DNA of 64,000 nucleotides from Eledone cirrhosa. Its lineage: Eukaryota. Position 1 is the first letter of the stretch; each line of letters starts with the position of its first letter. The notes below the pieces were generated by a model. The model was not told the origin of the DNA. It made no database searches and was given only the letters and a program-made list of their open reading frames with translations. This document shows, one piece after another, positions 42,750-56,474 of the stretch. The stretch lies in NCBI GenBank assembly GCA_964016885.1, contig OZ024741.1, forward strand, positions 156,550,001 to 156,614,000. The letters run 5' to 3'. A program made the position numbers and the translations under genes.

Positions 42750-43030
42750 TGTGTTTTCTAAATTTAAGACAGTAGGGAGGGTTGTGATATGAGGGAGAGT
42801 TACCTCTTGTTTCTAGCAGGTTTAGTGACCTCACAGAGGATATGTGTTTTCTAAATTTAAGACAGTAGGGAGTGGTGTGATATGGGGGAGAGTTAGCTGC
42901 TGTTTCTAGCAGGTTTAGTGACATCATAGAAGATATGTTTTCTAAATTTAAGACAGTATGGAGGGGTGTGGTATGGGGAAGAGTTAGCTGCTGTTTCTAG
43001 CAGGTTTAGTGACCTCATAGAGGATATTAT
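42750..43030. repeat. ~92-bp tandem repeat, 3 copies
   Basis: tgttttctaaatttaagacagta...tgtttctagcaggtttagtgac repeated. Confidence 0.85.
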
Positions 43031-44006
43031 TGTTTATCATTATCTATAAAAGGCAGATTGTTGTTGTTGTGTGTGTTCCATGTTTATACATTTGCACAAT
43101 TTCAAACCGAATCGACTCAAAGTCTGTAAGAATCCATGTTCGTTGAGAGGTGTTAAAAAAGATTTATCGCTTGTTCTTGAATAAATGTATCTGTTGCTTT
43201 TGAATAACTGTCGTTTCGTATGAAATGTAATAATTGTTTCTACTTTTTTGGCACAAGGCCAGCAATTACCCAGTACATTATTGGTACTTTATGTAATAAT
43301 AAACGTTCTCTCTCTCTCTCTCTCCCTCTCACTCTCTTCTCTCTCTCTCTCTTCGGCAATCACGTACGTTGTTTAATTGCTTTAAATCTTGTTAATGAAT
43401 AGTCGTGTATTTGTGGTTATAAATCCCACATGTTGTTTAATTGCTTTAAATTTTTTTTTATTAATTTATGTGAGTGTGTGTTTGTATGTGTTTGTAAATA
43501 AATCATTAAGTTTGAAGCAACTAAAAGTTAGTGTGGTTATAAATCACGCACGTTGTTTAATTGCTTTAAATGTTTTCTATCATTTGAAGTGAGTGTGTGT
43601 TTGTATGCGTTTGGAAATAAATCAGTAAGTTTGAAGTATAAAAAAAAGTAGCAAAATGTGTGGGTTGTAGATAGAGGTAAAAAGCAGATGATATGAGAGA
43701 GTAAAACGGACAGTATCACCATCAAGCTTGGAAAGAGAAAGTAGCAGAAAGTATGAAGTTGTATAGATTTTGAATGGTAGTGGAAAGAGTTTAGCACTTT
43801 AAATGAGAGACAAATATCGTAAAATATTGAGTTTTATCTATTTTTTGCGTAATTGTGGGTGAAATTGAAAAAATTATCTGTGCCAAGACGCAATCAAAGT
43901 TATTTCGAATACTGAATTGTAAATTTCAATTGAAGAAATTCTATATCGTAGATTTCTATAACAAAGGAGCACGTCCATACACTGAGCTTTATAGATTATG
44001 ATACGC

Positions 44007-44123
<117 letters not shown>

Positions 44124-44159
44124 CACATATATATAGTATATATACAATTATATATATAT

Positions 44160-44777
44160 AAACGGAAAAAATAAAACGAAATTTTATTTCCCACTCTTAG
44201 TACGGCTGTTACTTAAATATAAGTATGTACACGTACATTCATATATGTATACAGACGTACAGTAGTATGTATATATATATACATACATGCACACATATAT
44301 ATATACGTATGGATTCACCGAACATTTATTATAATACTCGGTGTGCTTGTAAACAAACATCCCGTATTAAGCCGTAGTGTCCAGCAACCATCGTTGCTCG
44401 TCTGTTCAACACTGACAAAGGCACGCTGTACTAGTTTGAAGCTTATTAGCTATCGTCAGCAACGTATACCTTCCTGCCAGATTGTTGAACGTATATACTT
44501 ACCTTATGCATATTACCGGGTGAGAAGCCCAATTTGCATATCGAGTGGGTTAATAAGCTTGAAACTAGTACAGCGTTCCTTTGTCAGTGTTGAACAGGCG
44601 AGCAACGATGGTTGCTGGACACTACGGCTTAATACGGGATATTTGTTTACAAACACACCGAGCATTATAATGAATGTTCGGTGAATCCATACGTAAATAT
44701 ATATATGTGTGCATGTATGTATATATATATACATACTACTGTACGTCTGTATACATATACGTATGTACGTGTACATA

Positions 44778-44785
<8 letters not shown>
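44160..44785. mobile_element. Second fold-back of the small hammerhead family
   Basis: Arms ~44215-44450 and ~44550-44780 inverted; minus hammerhead at 44424-44464 has GAAA>CAAA; plus arm is truncated inside the ribozyme. Confidence 0.8.
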
Positions 44786-44818
<33 letters not shown>

Positions 44819-45615
44819 GAGAGGTATAGAGATTGTTTTAGCAAGAAGCTAACGGCATTCTATAACACATATGCGACTATAACGTCAAGATGGGAAAAGT
44901 AGTTAACGAAAGATTTAGGAAAAATAACTCAAAATCATCTCAACAGAGAATCAGGATATAAATTCATCCACAGAATTTAGTAAAATCCAGGGAAAAAATC
45001 TATAGACCTTTAACTCATGATAAAATAAAGTCTGAAACACTTATCCTTCAATTTGGAATAACATCAAATGCTCTGTATAGTCTTAAAAGACTATTTCATG
45101 AAAACTTTCAGTGGAGATGGTCACGGTTGGATTTCATTCATCAGCAGAGCTCAACAGAAACCAGGGCTCTCACAGTAATATAATCCGAAAAAGGGAATTC
45201 TAAAACTGGCTAGTTCGCCTTCATGTGTATTTATGAAAAAGCACATGAGGAATAAACGGGGCTAGTGACGTCAGGATGGAAGTGAATGTTTATTTACAAG
45301 AAATAGCAGTCAAATATATATATATATATATATACACACAGTTTAAGAGTAACCAATCTTAAAGAGAGAGATGGAGATAGTAGAGGAGATATGAGAGGAA
45401 AGATTGGTGAGTTAGTTAGAAGCCAAAGCGTAAAGGCATGTGCACAATGTGCAATATGCAGTAGAAAGCAGCTAGGTGGCTGGATTTATGCAGAGGTTAG
45501 GTGCGCAGAGCTGGAAATATTCATCAGTTAAGCAAAACAAGACCACAAATTTCACAAGGAAGACATTATTAAAAGATTGACAACATATTTTAGTTTGATG
45601 TAAGGAATGTAGAGA

Positions 45616-46560
45616 ATAATAATAATAATAATATTAATAATAATAATGTCCGTTTACAATTGTTTCGCTACTCCGTATAATATTTCTGGATCAGATGACT
45701 ATGTATCATAATTGATCTGGTTCAGTTGAAAATAATTAACATATTTAAAAAAACAGAGTGGCTCATCGGAACTCAAAGGAATATAGATTAAAATAATGTT
45801 ACATAATATAATGTTCCATATAATATTTTTTACTATGGTGCCTTGGTTGCATCAGCTGTCAGCCATAATCAGGGCAGTACTCATCTGTCGAGGCTGCATT
45901 GTGTGAGATCTGCCTATGGGTAACAAGATGGCTGCCAAAGGGCATATTTACCTTACTAATTAGAGGGTGGTTTCAAGGGAAGTAACTTCTCGATGGATTA
46001 GAGATTGTGTGTATTTTATAGTTATGTGCTAGTATTTAAATTATTTAATTGAGAGACAATGTAGGGGAGGTAACTTATAATTATCGAGTTGTTCATAGCA
46101 ATTTAAGTTATTAGCTACAATTAGAGATGGGGCTACATGACTAAGTTGGGTCAAAAACTCTATTGGCGAAGGAATTAGCCCTTCGATGTTGACAGCTAAT
46201 GGTTACCTCCGTTCTATCGTTAATTGGTAGTGGTCGTGATAGAGTTATGTAATATGCTTCCGTAACACAGAGATCACAAGATTTCCTTCGTCCATTGAAC
46301 GGTTGGGCCCTAGCTACGATATCCCATTTTAGTGAGTGTTGAACTAAGGCACCATAGTAAAAACTATTATCTGGAACATTATATTATGTAACATTATTTT
46401 AATCTATATTCCTTTGAGTTCCGATGAGCCACTCTGTTTTTTAAATTATTTTCAACTGAACCAGATCAATTATGATACATAGTCATCTGATCCAGAAATA
46501 TTATACGGAGTAGCGAAACAATTGAAAACGGACATTATTATTATTAATATTATTATTAAT
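45616..46560 (-). mobile_element. Short PLE (Naiad-like) 3' fragment with inverted pseudo-LTR
   Basis: Minus translation IVARAQPFNGRRKSCDLCVTEAYYI at ~46240-46325; 45630-45850 inverted at 46347-46555; hammerhead with CCGATGA core at 45652-45772 (-) and 46418-46529 (+). Confidence 0.8.
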
Positions 46561-46589
46561 TGTATTATTATTATTATTGGTATTGTTAT

Positions 46590-46871
46590 TACTCTTTGAG
46601 TCTCAGTCATTGATGTTAGTTAACTGGAAAGTTTGTTGAGATGAATATCAAGCCACTACCTGCACTCAGATATTCAGGACGTATCGGAGGGTTCTTGCTG
46701 TTCCCAGCAAGCATGCCTTTTGAAGCGTTCCAAAAAGCGTGAAGGGGCCAATTTTCTTTAACCATCCCTGGAAACTTTTTGAGATAGTCCCTAGTGCGCC
46801 TATGACAATCGGGATCACTTTGACTTCGTGGCAGTTCCAAATCCTGGATCACTTTCACTTCATGGCAGTTC

Positions 46872-46872
<1 letters not shown>
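46590..46872 (-). pseudogene. 3' fragment of an R4/Dong-like LINE
   Basis: Homologous to 32085-32350; embedded in (TTA)n. Confidence 0.75.
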
Positions 46873-46905
<33 letters not shown>

Positions 46906-47123
46906 GAATGCTATGGTTGATGGAGGCTCGGTTCTGTAAGGTATTGTAAATTTTGACCGCTATAACAATTGTAAATTGTTTAAAACTTTAACCAACTTGT
47001 AGACAAAAACACCCTCCTCCTCCTCGTGAGAGGGGTCTTTCTGCCCGTTATTTGGCCCTTCGGGGTTAAATAACTGCTTATTGGGGTTCTGTGCCCAATA
47101 TTTATTTTAAACAAAAAAACAAC

Positions 47124-49231
47124 ATGGCTACGAAAAAGAATTTCCATAGGTCACTCCCACTCATTCCGTCTTCTTCTTCCTCAATCGTCACTACAGCAGA
47201 GAGAAGATTGTCTCTCTCCCTCCCTTCTTTAAATGTGTCTCTCTCCCTCCCTTCTCTTTCGCAAGCGACGACAGAAAAGAAAAGTCTCGTGCAAGATTTC
47301 TCCACGACGACGACGACAACGACGAAACAGGTGTGCAGGAAATACGAAAACCCATTTCATTCGTCTGACGTCAAGAATAATAGCAGTAGCAGCCGTAATA
47401 ACAACAGCAACAGTGACAATGAAAACAACAGTAGCAGCCGCAACAGCATCAGCAGCAGCATAAACAACAACAGCATTAGCAGCAGCAATAACAACAACCA
47501 CAGCAACAGCGGCGGCGGCAGTAGTCGTAGTACCTGCAGCAACAACAAAAGTAACAGCAGCTCTGACGACAACAACAACAACAACAGCAGCAAAGAAAAA
47601 CCAATCTCGTTTGCAGGTATCGCGAAGAACCTGGAAACAATCCTCATAACAAATGAGGAATTAGAGGAAGCGAAGAAGATGGTGACAAAAACTGGACACC
47701 GAGCAATCTGCAAGGCAGCGGAAAAATTTTTCGAAACCCAATAGCACTGTACGGTCACGTACCGTACAGTAAGTACAAAATCCCGTAGGGTGGAAAGAGC
47801 CACAGAGGCTCAAATACAAAAAGCCTTGGGGTTTGTGTGGCAGCGGAAAACGCACATCACCCGAGGCAAGAAATATGCCACCGTAGACGTACTTTTTGCC
47901 ACACCCCAGGAGGCAAAGGCTCAATCCGTAGTGACCCTAAGGAGCGAGGAAATGGTGTTGGTGCCCTCCTACTGCGGGCAGAAAATTGTGAGGGTCAAAC
48001 TGACCCACGTACCCCCCCCTCCCCCGGGATGGCCACTTCTTGGCTGGCCGCGTCTGTCCTCGTCGGAATCGAGGACAAAACAACTGTACTGCAAGTACAT
48101 AAAAAAGTAAGAGAAGATTGGGTCGGCACCTCCATTGAGATGTTAATCCAAACCAACCAGGAGTGCATCGAAGCTATCCCGGATGTGATAGACTTCGATA
48201 ACGGCACTCAACTGCCCATAAGTGTTGAGGGCAAACGCCTGAAATGCTTTCGCTGTGGATCGAAGACTCACCTCAGGGCCTTCTGCAACGAGAAGACCCT
48301 GAGAAAGGAGAAAACCCCCCTCCTTCCGAAACCGGCTCCACGGCTACCAGCAACAGGACAAGCGGCAACCAAGAACGATATGTCCGTGGCACCCATACCC
48401 ACGCCACGGAAATCAAAAACAGCAGCAGCAGTGGAAGTATTAACAACAACAACAACAGCAATACCAAATGCAGCTGCAACAGAGACACCAGTACAAACAT
48501 CACCAACAACAACAAGTGAAAGAGTGGAGCTGGTACCCCTACCCGACCTCACAGAATCAGATATGGAGTGTGAGGTGGGAGAGAGATGGCAAAAGGTCGC
48601 AAGAAGGCACAAACGCAGAAGCAGCGCATCGTCGCCTTTGAAAAGGGAGGAAAGAAATGAAAAAAGGGTAAAGTCTACTGCAAAGAGGCTCACAGCAGCA
48701 ACACCACCAACACCATCACCACCGACACTAGCACCACCATCACCACCGGCGACAACCCCACCGCCAACAACAACACCTTCAACACCACCACCACAGGCAC
48801 CAACATCGCAAACACAACAACAAAACACACACACCCAGCAAAAACGACAAGAAAATAGCAGAACCACACCCCACCCCCAGAAAAACAAATGCACAGCAAT
48901 AAATACACACAACAAGAAACTAATGACTTACATAATTGAACACACAGACATTTCACAACACGACTACATAATACCAGCACCAATTAAAACGCCAACTAAC
49001 ATAAGACTGCTAAAAATAGCACAGAAACAATACACAAACATTAAAACGAAATTCCCCAACGCAGTTGGTGATTTCAGAGACCTAGGAGGAACTATCAACC
49101 GAAGAGTATATTCGGACATACTCATAGAAGAGCCGATGACCAGCCGAAGGGACGATTCAACGGTCCCTTCACCAGACGATCAAGTGAAAAGGGATGTAAA
49201 AACCATGCCTCCTCTACGAAAAGTACGGTAA
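47124..49231 (+). pseudogene. LINE ORF1 (gag-like, zinc knuckle)
   Basis: ATG at 47124; SFA motif; CFRCGSKTHLRAFC; stop at 47742-44 and frameshift at the C-run ~48012-48026. Confidence 0.85.
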
Positions 49232-49266
49232 GTGGTCTTTCCCATCTTTTCCACTCTATTTTAAAC

Positions 49267-52200
49267 ATGACCTCACTCAGAATAGGCAGCATAAATGCGC
49301 ATGGCTTGGGGTCGTCATGGAAGCAGGGTCGCTTGCTCAACGACGTCAGGTCACTAAACATAGATGTAGTGGCCATCAGCGAGACCAGAATCTCCGAAGC
49401 ACGGGCCTTCGCACCGATCTTCGGCGGCTACGATGTGTACGCAGCTCCCAGCCGTCCTGGATCGGGAGGAGGCATCGCTGTGCTTTTTCGGAGAGGTTTG
49501 GATCTCGCCATACGCGCCATCTTCCTGGACCCAGAGCGTAAGTTGGTGGTGCTGGACGTGACCAGCGGAGACGGGCAAGCTTTCAGGCTAGTGGCCGTCT
49601 ATGCCCCGACAGGAGCAGGGCGGCCTGATTTCTTCCGGCGTCTGGAGACCTTTTTTGGAACCTCCCGCTCTTTAGTGTTAGTGGGCGACTGGAACTGGAT
49701 CTTAGATGCACGCTGGGACTGTGTGGGATTAGCGGATAGGGGTGGAGGGTGCAAGAGCCTCACCAACCTGCTCAGGCGTTTTGAACTGTGTGACAGGTAA
49801 CGATTGGATTTCCCGAATGTGCCAATGTGGACTTGGACAAATCGCATAAGGTCATCCAGATCATATCTAGATAGAGTATTTTGTAAGGAAATAGATAGGT
49901 CTAGCATAGGCTGTCCACAATTCAAGATAGTCAGCTACACGGACCACAAATTTGTGATCTGTGTTCTTGACTTAGATAGGCTTCATAGACGAGGACCCGG
50001 CTACTGGAAGCTAAACGCGTCCTTACCAGCGCGCAAGGCCTACAGAGACCGGATTAGCGAACTAGTTAAGCGGGCGTTGACGGGGGCCATCGTCAACAAT
50101 AAGTGTTGGTTTGCTCTGAAAAGAGCGATTAGAATAGAATCCATTAGGTTTAGTAAGGCTTTAGCAATAGAGAAAAATAGAGCAGAGGGAGAACTAGTTA
50201 GAAAATTAGACGAGGCGCTTAACAAAGGCATTGCGACCGACGTGCTTGCGGCGAAATTGGCCCTTGACCAATTCATCAATGCAAAGCACGAAGGCTGCAT
50301 TGTTAGAGCAAGGGTGCGTGCTCTCAGACACGAGGGGACGAAAGCCGTTCAATGCGCCCGAGTGGCGGAGGCGCGTCGTGGCAAAAAAGCCACGATCCGG
50401 TCTTTGGTGGACCACGACGGGCGCATGCTACTCGATCTCGGGCAAATGTGTGAAGCTTTTCAGCGACACTTCGCTCAGCTGTTCGGGGGCATCGGTGGGC
50501 CGGGTCGAGGGATGGACTTTAGTGTCTACCTCGACGGACTGCCGCGGCTCTCGGTCACTGAGGCGAAGTGTTGCGAAAAGCCGATAACAGCCGCTGAAGT
50601 AAGGGAGGCAATGACTGGCTGCACAAAGGGGTAAATCGCCTGGTTTGGATGGTCTGCCCTATGAACTTTACGTACAGATGCCAGACTTGTTCGGAGGCCT
50701 CTTGGCGGACGTCTACTGCAACTGGCAACAGAACGGGAGAATTCCCAGTTCTGTGAGCCGAGGAGCTGTGGCACTGCTGAGAAAGGATCCGAACAAGTGG
50801 GATAACAGATAATTTCCGGCCCATAACTCTGCTTAACACAGAGTTCAAGATTTTGGCCAAGGTGCTAGCAAAGAGGTTGGCGCTTGTCGTTGGTGGTCTG
50901 GTTGGAAAGGCGCAGACATGCGCCATTCCCGACAGATCCATCCACGAAAACCTCCACCTCATGCGATACATCGTAGAGAGGGTAGCTAGGGAACCTTGCA
51001 CGGGTGGGTCGTTGATCAATTTAGATCAGTCGAAAGCTTTCGATATGGTCGACCATCGTTACCTAGCGGCAGTCCTGAGGGCGGCTGGCTTTGGGCCCGT
51101 CTTCAGGAGCTGGATTGCTGCCATGCACAGCGACATCTGCTCTGTGGTTAGAGTGAACGGTCACCTGTCGGAACCGTTCAACATCATGCGCTCGGTCCGC
51201 CAAGGATGTCCCCTCTCGTCCCTCTTGTACGTATTGACTCTCGAGCCATTACTGCACAAACTGGAGACGTTGAGGGGCATCCCGCGCGAAATAGGATACG
51301 GAAGATCCGTGTCAGCATATGCGGACGATGTCACCGTAGTGGTGTCGAACGCCAAACACATCGAGGCGATCGGCACTACACTGAGAGAATACGAAGCGGT
51401 GACAGGAGCAATGATCAACCAGGAAAAGTCAGTGGGCCTGCAGCTCGGCACCTGGAGAGGCAGGTCCATGCCGTCCAAGAGCGTCGTCGGACGCTGGACG
51501 GACGGTCCGGTTAAATTGCTAGGGGTCTGGTTCGGCCCGGACCTCCAGACGGACAAAAACTGGGAGGAGGTGACGAGCAGGGTGGCTTCTCTCACCCAGA
51601 AATGGGCGGAGAGGAAGCTATCCCTGAAAGGTCGAGCGGAGGTGGCTAACGCGTACATCGCGTCTGTCATCTGCTACCGCCTGACCGTCGTACCTTGTCC
51701 TAAGCCTCGCCTGACTGCGCTGGAGCGTTTGCTCTTTCGCTTTTTGTGGAAAGGACGCGCTCCGATGGTCAGGCGGTCCATCTGTTGTCAACATCCGCTA
51801 CGTGAAGGGCTGGGCATGCCGTGGCTGATGATGCGCAGGCACGCGCTCAGGCTACGACATCTCCACCTCTTCCTCGACGGTGATCAGGTGTGGTCGCCGT
51901 TTGCTAGACACGTATTTCCCCAACTCGTTTCCTTGACGGAGCTGCAGTCCGGGTCAAGCGAAGACCGAGAGGGAGCGCCTGGAGACTGGAATGTCTTCAG
52001 GCGCTCACAGCCCTCAACCAATCGGGCAATGTGATAGGTGGAAACTCCACCTCGGCGTTCTATAGAGGATTAGTGGAGGGGAAGAGCGACGACGTACTTG
52101 GGGAAACTCTAGGCGTCGACGAAAATCAACTAGCCAATCTCTTCGGAAGAACTTTCGGGCCAGGGCCTATGGACAACTTCCAGAAATCTCTGGCCTGGCA

Positions 52201-52683
52201 GTGCTACCGAGGAGCCTTGCCAGTTCGGGATAAACTCTACAGGCATGGAGGTGCCGTTAGCCGGGCATGTCCGAGATGCGCGCAGGGCGACGAAACCGTC
52301 CTGCACGCACTCGTCCAGTGTCCGAAAATTGCCTCTTGTGGGTTTATGTCGAACACCTGCTGTCGCGTTTAGGACGGATCCGGCTATCATCTGAGTCCAT
52401 CGTGAGGATTGCCCCGCCCTCCTCCTTTAGCCGGGAAGGGCAGGCAGTTTTAATCTGTCTGGTGGCCATGGCGAAAGAGATAGTATGGTGGACACGTTTG
52501 AAAGGGCTGAAGACGAGCACTTACCTCTTCGGTGATGCTCTGATTGACTTTTTCAAATTTCATTTGAAAAGGAAAATCAGAATAGAGAGGGAAGTGCTCT
52601 CTTCCCAGCATTTTGTTGAAAGATGGGTGAGAGAAGCAAGAATGGCCCGAGTGAATGGGCCTACTCTGAGTATATATCTGTAA
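49267..52683 (+). pseudogene. LINE ORF2: APE endonuclease, RT, C-terminal zinc finger
   Basis: SINAHGL, ISETR, VYAP, GDWN, YLDR, TDH, GYWKLN; DQSKAFD, RQGCPLS, AYADD; CPRC...ETVLHALVQC; stops at 49798 and 50632 plus frameshifts. Confidence 0.93.
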
Positions 52684-53093
52684 ATTAAAGGTGGAAAACT
52701 GGGAGAGGGCACTTACCTTGGTGGTCAGGGTCATTGTGGCCTTTTACTGGGCTTTCTCCACAAATGTCCCTCCGAAGTTTCCCCCTATTGGGGAATTTTT
52801 CATTGTTATTTTTTTGTTACATCCTCTGTTTTTGTTTTTTACACGCAGAAATGCCCATTTGTACCGTCCTGTATTGTCCTGCACTGTCCTTAATGTCTAC
52901 TTTATGTAAACCCTTGTGGTTAATAAAGAAATCATCATTATTATTATTATTATTATTATTATTAATATTATTATTATTATTATTCTCTACATTCCTTACA
53001 TCAAACTAAAATATGTTGACAATCTTTTATTAATGTCTTCCTTGTGAAATTTGTGGTCTTGTTTTGCTTTAACTAATGAATATATATATTCAT

Positions 53094-53140
53094 CTTCCTG
53101 AAGATTTCATCTGAATGAAACAGTACTAGTCCTGTAGAAG
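53094..53140 (+). ncRNA. Type-I hammerhead ribozyme (decayed relative at 13889-13930)
   Basis: cttc-CTGAAGA-t-ttca-tc-tgaa-t-GAAA-cag-tactagtc-ctg-TA-gaag. Confidence 0.8.
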
Positions 53141-54067
53141 CTCCTTCTATACAATAAATATATTTTACTCTGCCATGTATTGAGTATCTTACTTACTGTG
53201 GTTATCCCCGACTCAACCCGGGTCCTTCGTATATATGTATATATATATATATGTATATATGAGTCTGTATTCCAGAAAATGGGCGCCAAATAAAACAATC
53301 ATATATATACAAAGACACAAGGAGAGAGAGAGGATGAAAGGTTATGTTAGAGAAAGGGAAGTGGGTGGTAGAGAGAAAGATAAGGGTGTGGAAAGGAAAG
53401 AAACGATGAAGTGTGAGGAGTCGTTGACTTTGTGATAGGTTTTAATTACCCGTTTCGTACAATATACAATTTGGCCATAATTAAAAATGTCGGATGAAAC
53501 AGGATTTGCTATGAGTATAATTATTCTGTTCACTGAAGCAAAAGGTGTTCACGGCATTGACATGTCTAATCCGGCAGAGATTTCACTAAATACATTTTCA
53601 TTATTCATTAATATTGTATCTACCTCCCCATCTATATAAAAATCTCTTTCTCTTTATTTGCTTACATACCTACATAACTATCTATCCACACATCTGTCTA
53701 TCTCTCTATCTCCCTGCCTACATAACTATCTACATTTCTAACTTTCTCTCCTTCTATCAAGTTAGCTTGCTCCACATTCTTAATCTTTCTGTATTCTTGC
53801 CTATTATATATATATATCAATGATATTAATAAATGGAAACTATATTTATAAAACCATATTTATTCTATTATATATATTTCAAGGGTACCAAAATTTTGGT
53901 ACGCTCTCATCAGATAAAATACAAAGTTTGTTTTATAAATATTGACAATAAATATGGTTTTACAAATATAGTTTCCATTTATTAATATCATTAATATTAT
54001 ACTCCAGAAAACCTGTCCAATATATATATATATTTGCTGAGTTACCAACAAATTAAATATACCTTTG

Positions 54068-54141
<74 letters not shown>

Positions 54142-54153
54142 TATATATATATA

Positions 54154-54800
54154 TATGAGGTTGGTTTCTCATTTTAATTTATACTTTTAATTTTAATGTT
54201 TTTCCTATGCCTCTGTTAGCTTATATTCTCTTCACGCTGGTAGTTTGAAATTCCTGTAATGAAAAACACACACTTCTGTGTTTTTCCCCTCTATATATTG
54301 TATTTTAAAGTGCCCAGGAAAACTCTTTCCTTTGAGCTCATTACAGGATTATACGCGAGTTCTTTGCTCCGTTATTTTACTTGATATTTGCTCCTTGCGT
54401 TCCCTCTGCTGTCGAGCACCATAAATTGAACAGGTAAGGCGCCATCTCTAGCAGCTTGCTCTGTCATACCACTGGTTACTGCCTCGCGCACGTATTTCCC
54501 TTATATTTACACGTGCGACAGGTGGTTTACTATAGTTCTCTCTCTCTAGTAGTGGGGACAATATCGGTCTCTCCACATGCTGATGACCCACAGGGCCGAA
54601 TTGGAACCCACTAAAATGGCGAAACAATCTCCTGGTGAGTTTGTACATGTGTGATCTAGGTATGAGGTTGGTTTCTCATTTTAATTCATATTTTTAATTT
54701 TAATGTTTTTCCTATTAGCTTATATTCTCTTCACGCTGGTGGTTTGAAATTCCTGTAAAGAAAAAAAACAGACCCTTCTGTGTCCCCTCTATATATTGTA
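54154..54800 (+). mobile_element. Partial-tandem element (~140-bp direct repeats ~507 bp apart) with a hammerhead
   Basis: 54154-54300 is similar to 54661-54800; bounded by (TA)n. Confidence 0.7.
54574..54651 (+). ncRNA. Type-I hammerhead ribozyme
   Basis: cacatg-CTGATGA-ccca...tggc-GAAA-caa-tctcctggtgagt-ttg-TA-catgtg. Confidence 0.78.
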
Positions 54801-55113
54801 TATATATATATATATGTGTAAATGAAGTAATTCCGTCGGAAAAGTCCAGGAAAAAAGAGTGCTCTATGTAAGCAACAGAGCTTAATTATTATTATGTAAT
54901 AAACAACATAAGGCAATTATTCCATTTACCAGTGGTTTCTTAAAAGCAAAAGGTTTTGCTTTCAATCCTCAGAACGAAAAAATCCTGGTTTGTTTATTAA
55001 ATTTGGATCTTAAAAACAAAAAAAGCAAGCTATATGAAAGTGAGGCTGGAGAAGGAAGAAGGAAAGGAAAAAATAAAAACAAAATAAGACTACCCATACA
55101 ACCAGACATATAC

Positions 55114-55169
<56 letters not shown>

Positions 55170-55567
55170 GCGCGCATGTGTATGCGCGCACGCACACACG
55201 CGTATGCAAATATAAATATATTTCCCCCATACACATTGTGTGCGCGTGCATGCGCGCATACGCGCAGGGTATGTTCTGTTGAAAGTGTCTCGTGAATTTA
55301 TGGCTACAGTTGTATAGATTATACTTAGAAATTGTCCACAGAATTCCCTAAACCTTCGTCAATATACTAGAACCTTTAAGAATTTAGCTTTTAAGGAATC
55401 TCCCCTTCCTCCAAATATATCTACCATGACTGACCCCATACTGATCTTACAGACACCTGAAAGCTAAAGAGAAAGCTAATGATAAGGATTGGCTCCAATC
55501 TGAATACAGAAATCTGTCTGCCTTTGTTCCTCTAAGAACAAACATATACAAACATTCATACATACAC

Positions 55568-55639
<72 letters not shown>

Positions 55640-56105
55640 ACACACACACACACAAACATATCTACACACACACACGCATACATATATATATATATACACA
55701 CACACACATACACACACATACACGCACACACACATGCATATATACACACACATACACACACACAAAAGCACATATACATGCGCACGAAATAGTCAACGCA
55801 TTCACACACTCTCATACATAAAAAAAATTATTCAAATACAAATACATAACCGCATACATACGCATACATGCATAACCACGCACAAGTGTACAATCTATAC
55901 ACACACACATGTGTATACAACTATATGCACACACACACATATATGCATACATAAGCACACATATAATTACATAAATACAAACGTACACACACACATATAT
56001 ATACACACGTACACATACACACACATATACATACATAGCTAAACAATTATACACATACAAATACGTATATATCATAAACACGCACAACAGAACACAAACA
56101 CACAT

Positions 56106-56140
<35 letters not shown>

Positions 56141-56209
56141 CACATATACAATTATCAATATATACACACGCACATATGTACACACATATATACACACACA
56201 CATATATAT

Positions 56210-56256
<47 letters not shown>

Positions 56257-56474
56257 CATGCATATACACATATACACACATACACAACCACGCCCACACA
56301 CATGCATACGCATACACACACGTATATGCGTGTGTGTATGTAAAACTCAATCTTAGATAAACCATAAGGACCTTACATATACGTATACATAGTAGTAAAG
56401 TATTAAAGCAACATAAGGCAATTATTCCATTTACCAAGGGTTTCTTAAAAGCAAAAAAATTGTTCCTACAATCT

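Larger units (their letters stand above)
46906..52930 (+). mobile_element. Full-length L1/Tx1-like LINE, inactivated, inserted in (TTA)n
   Basis: ORF1 plus ORF2; aataaa near the 3' end; (ATT)n on both flanks. Confidence 0.93.
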
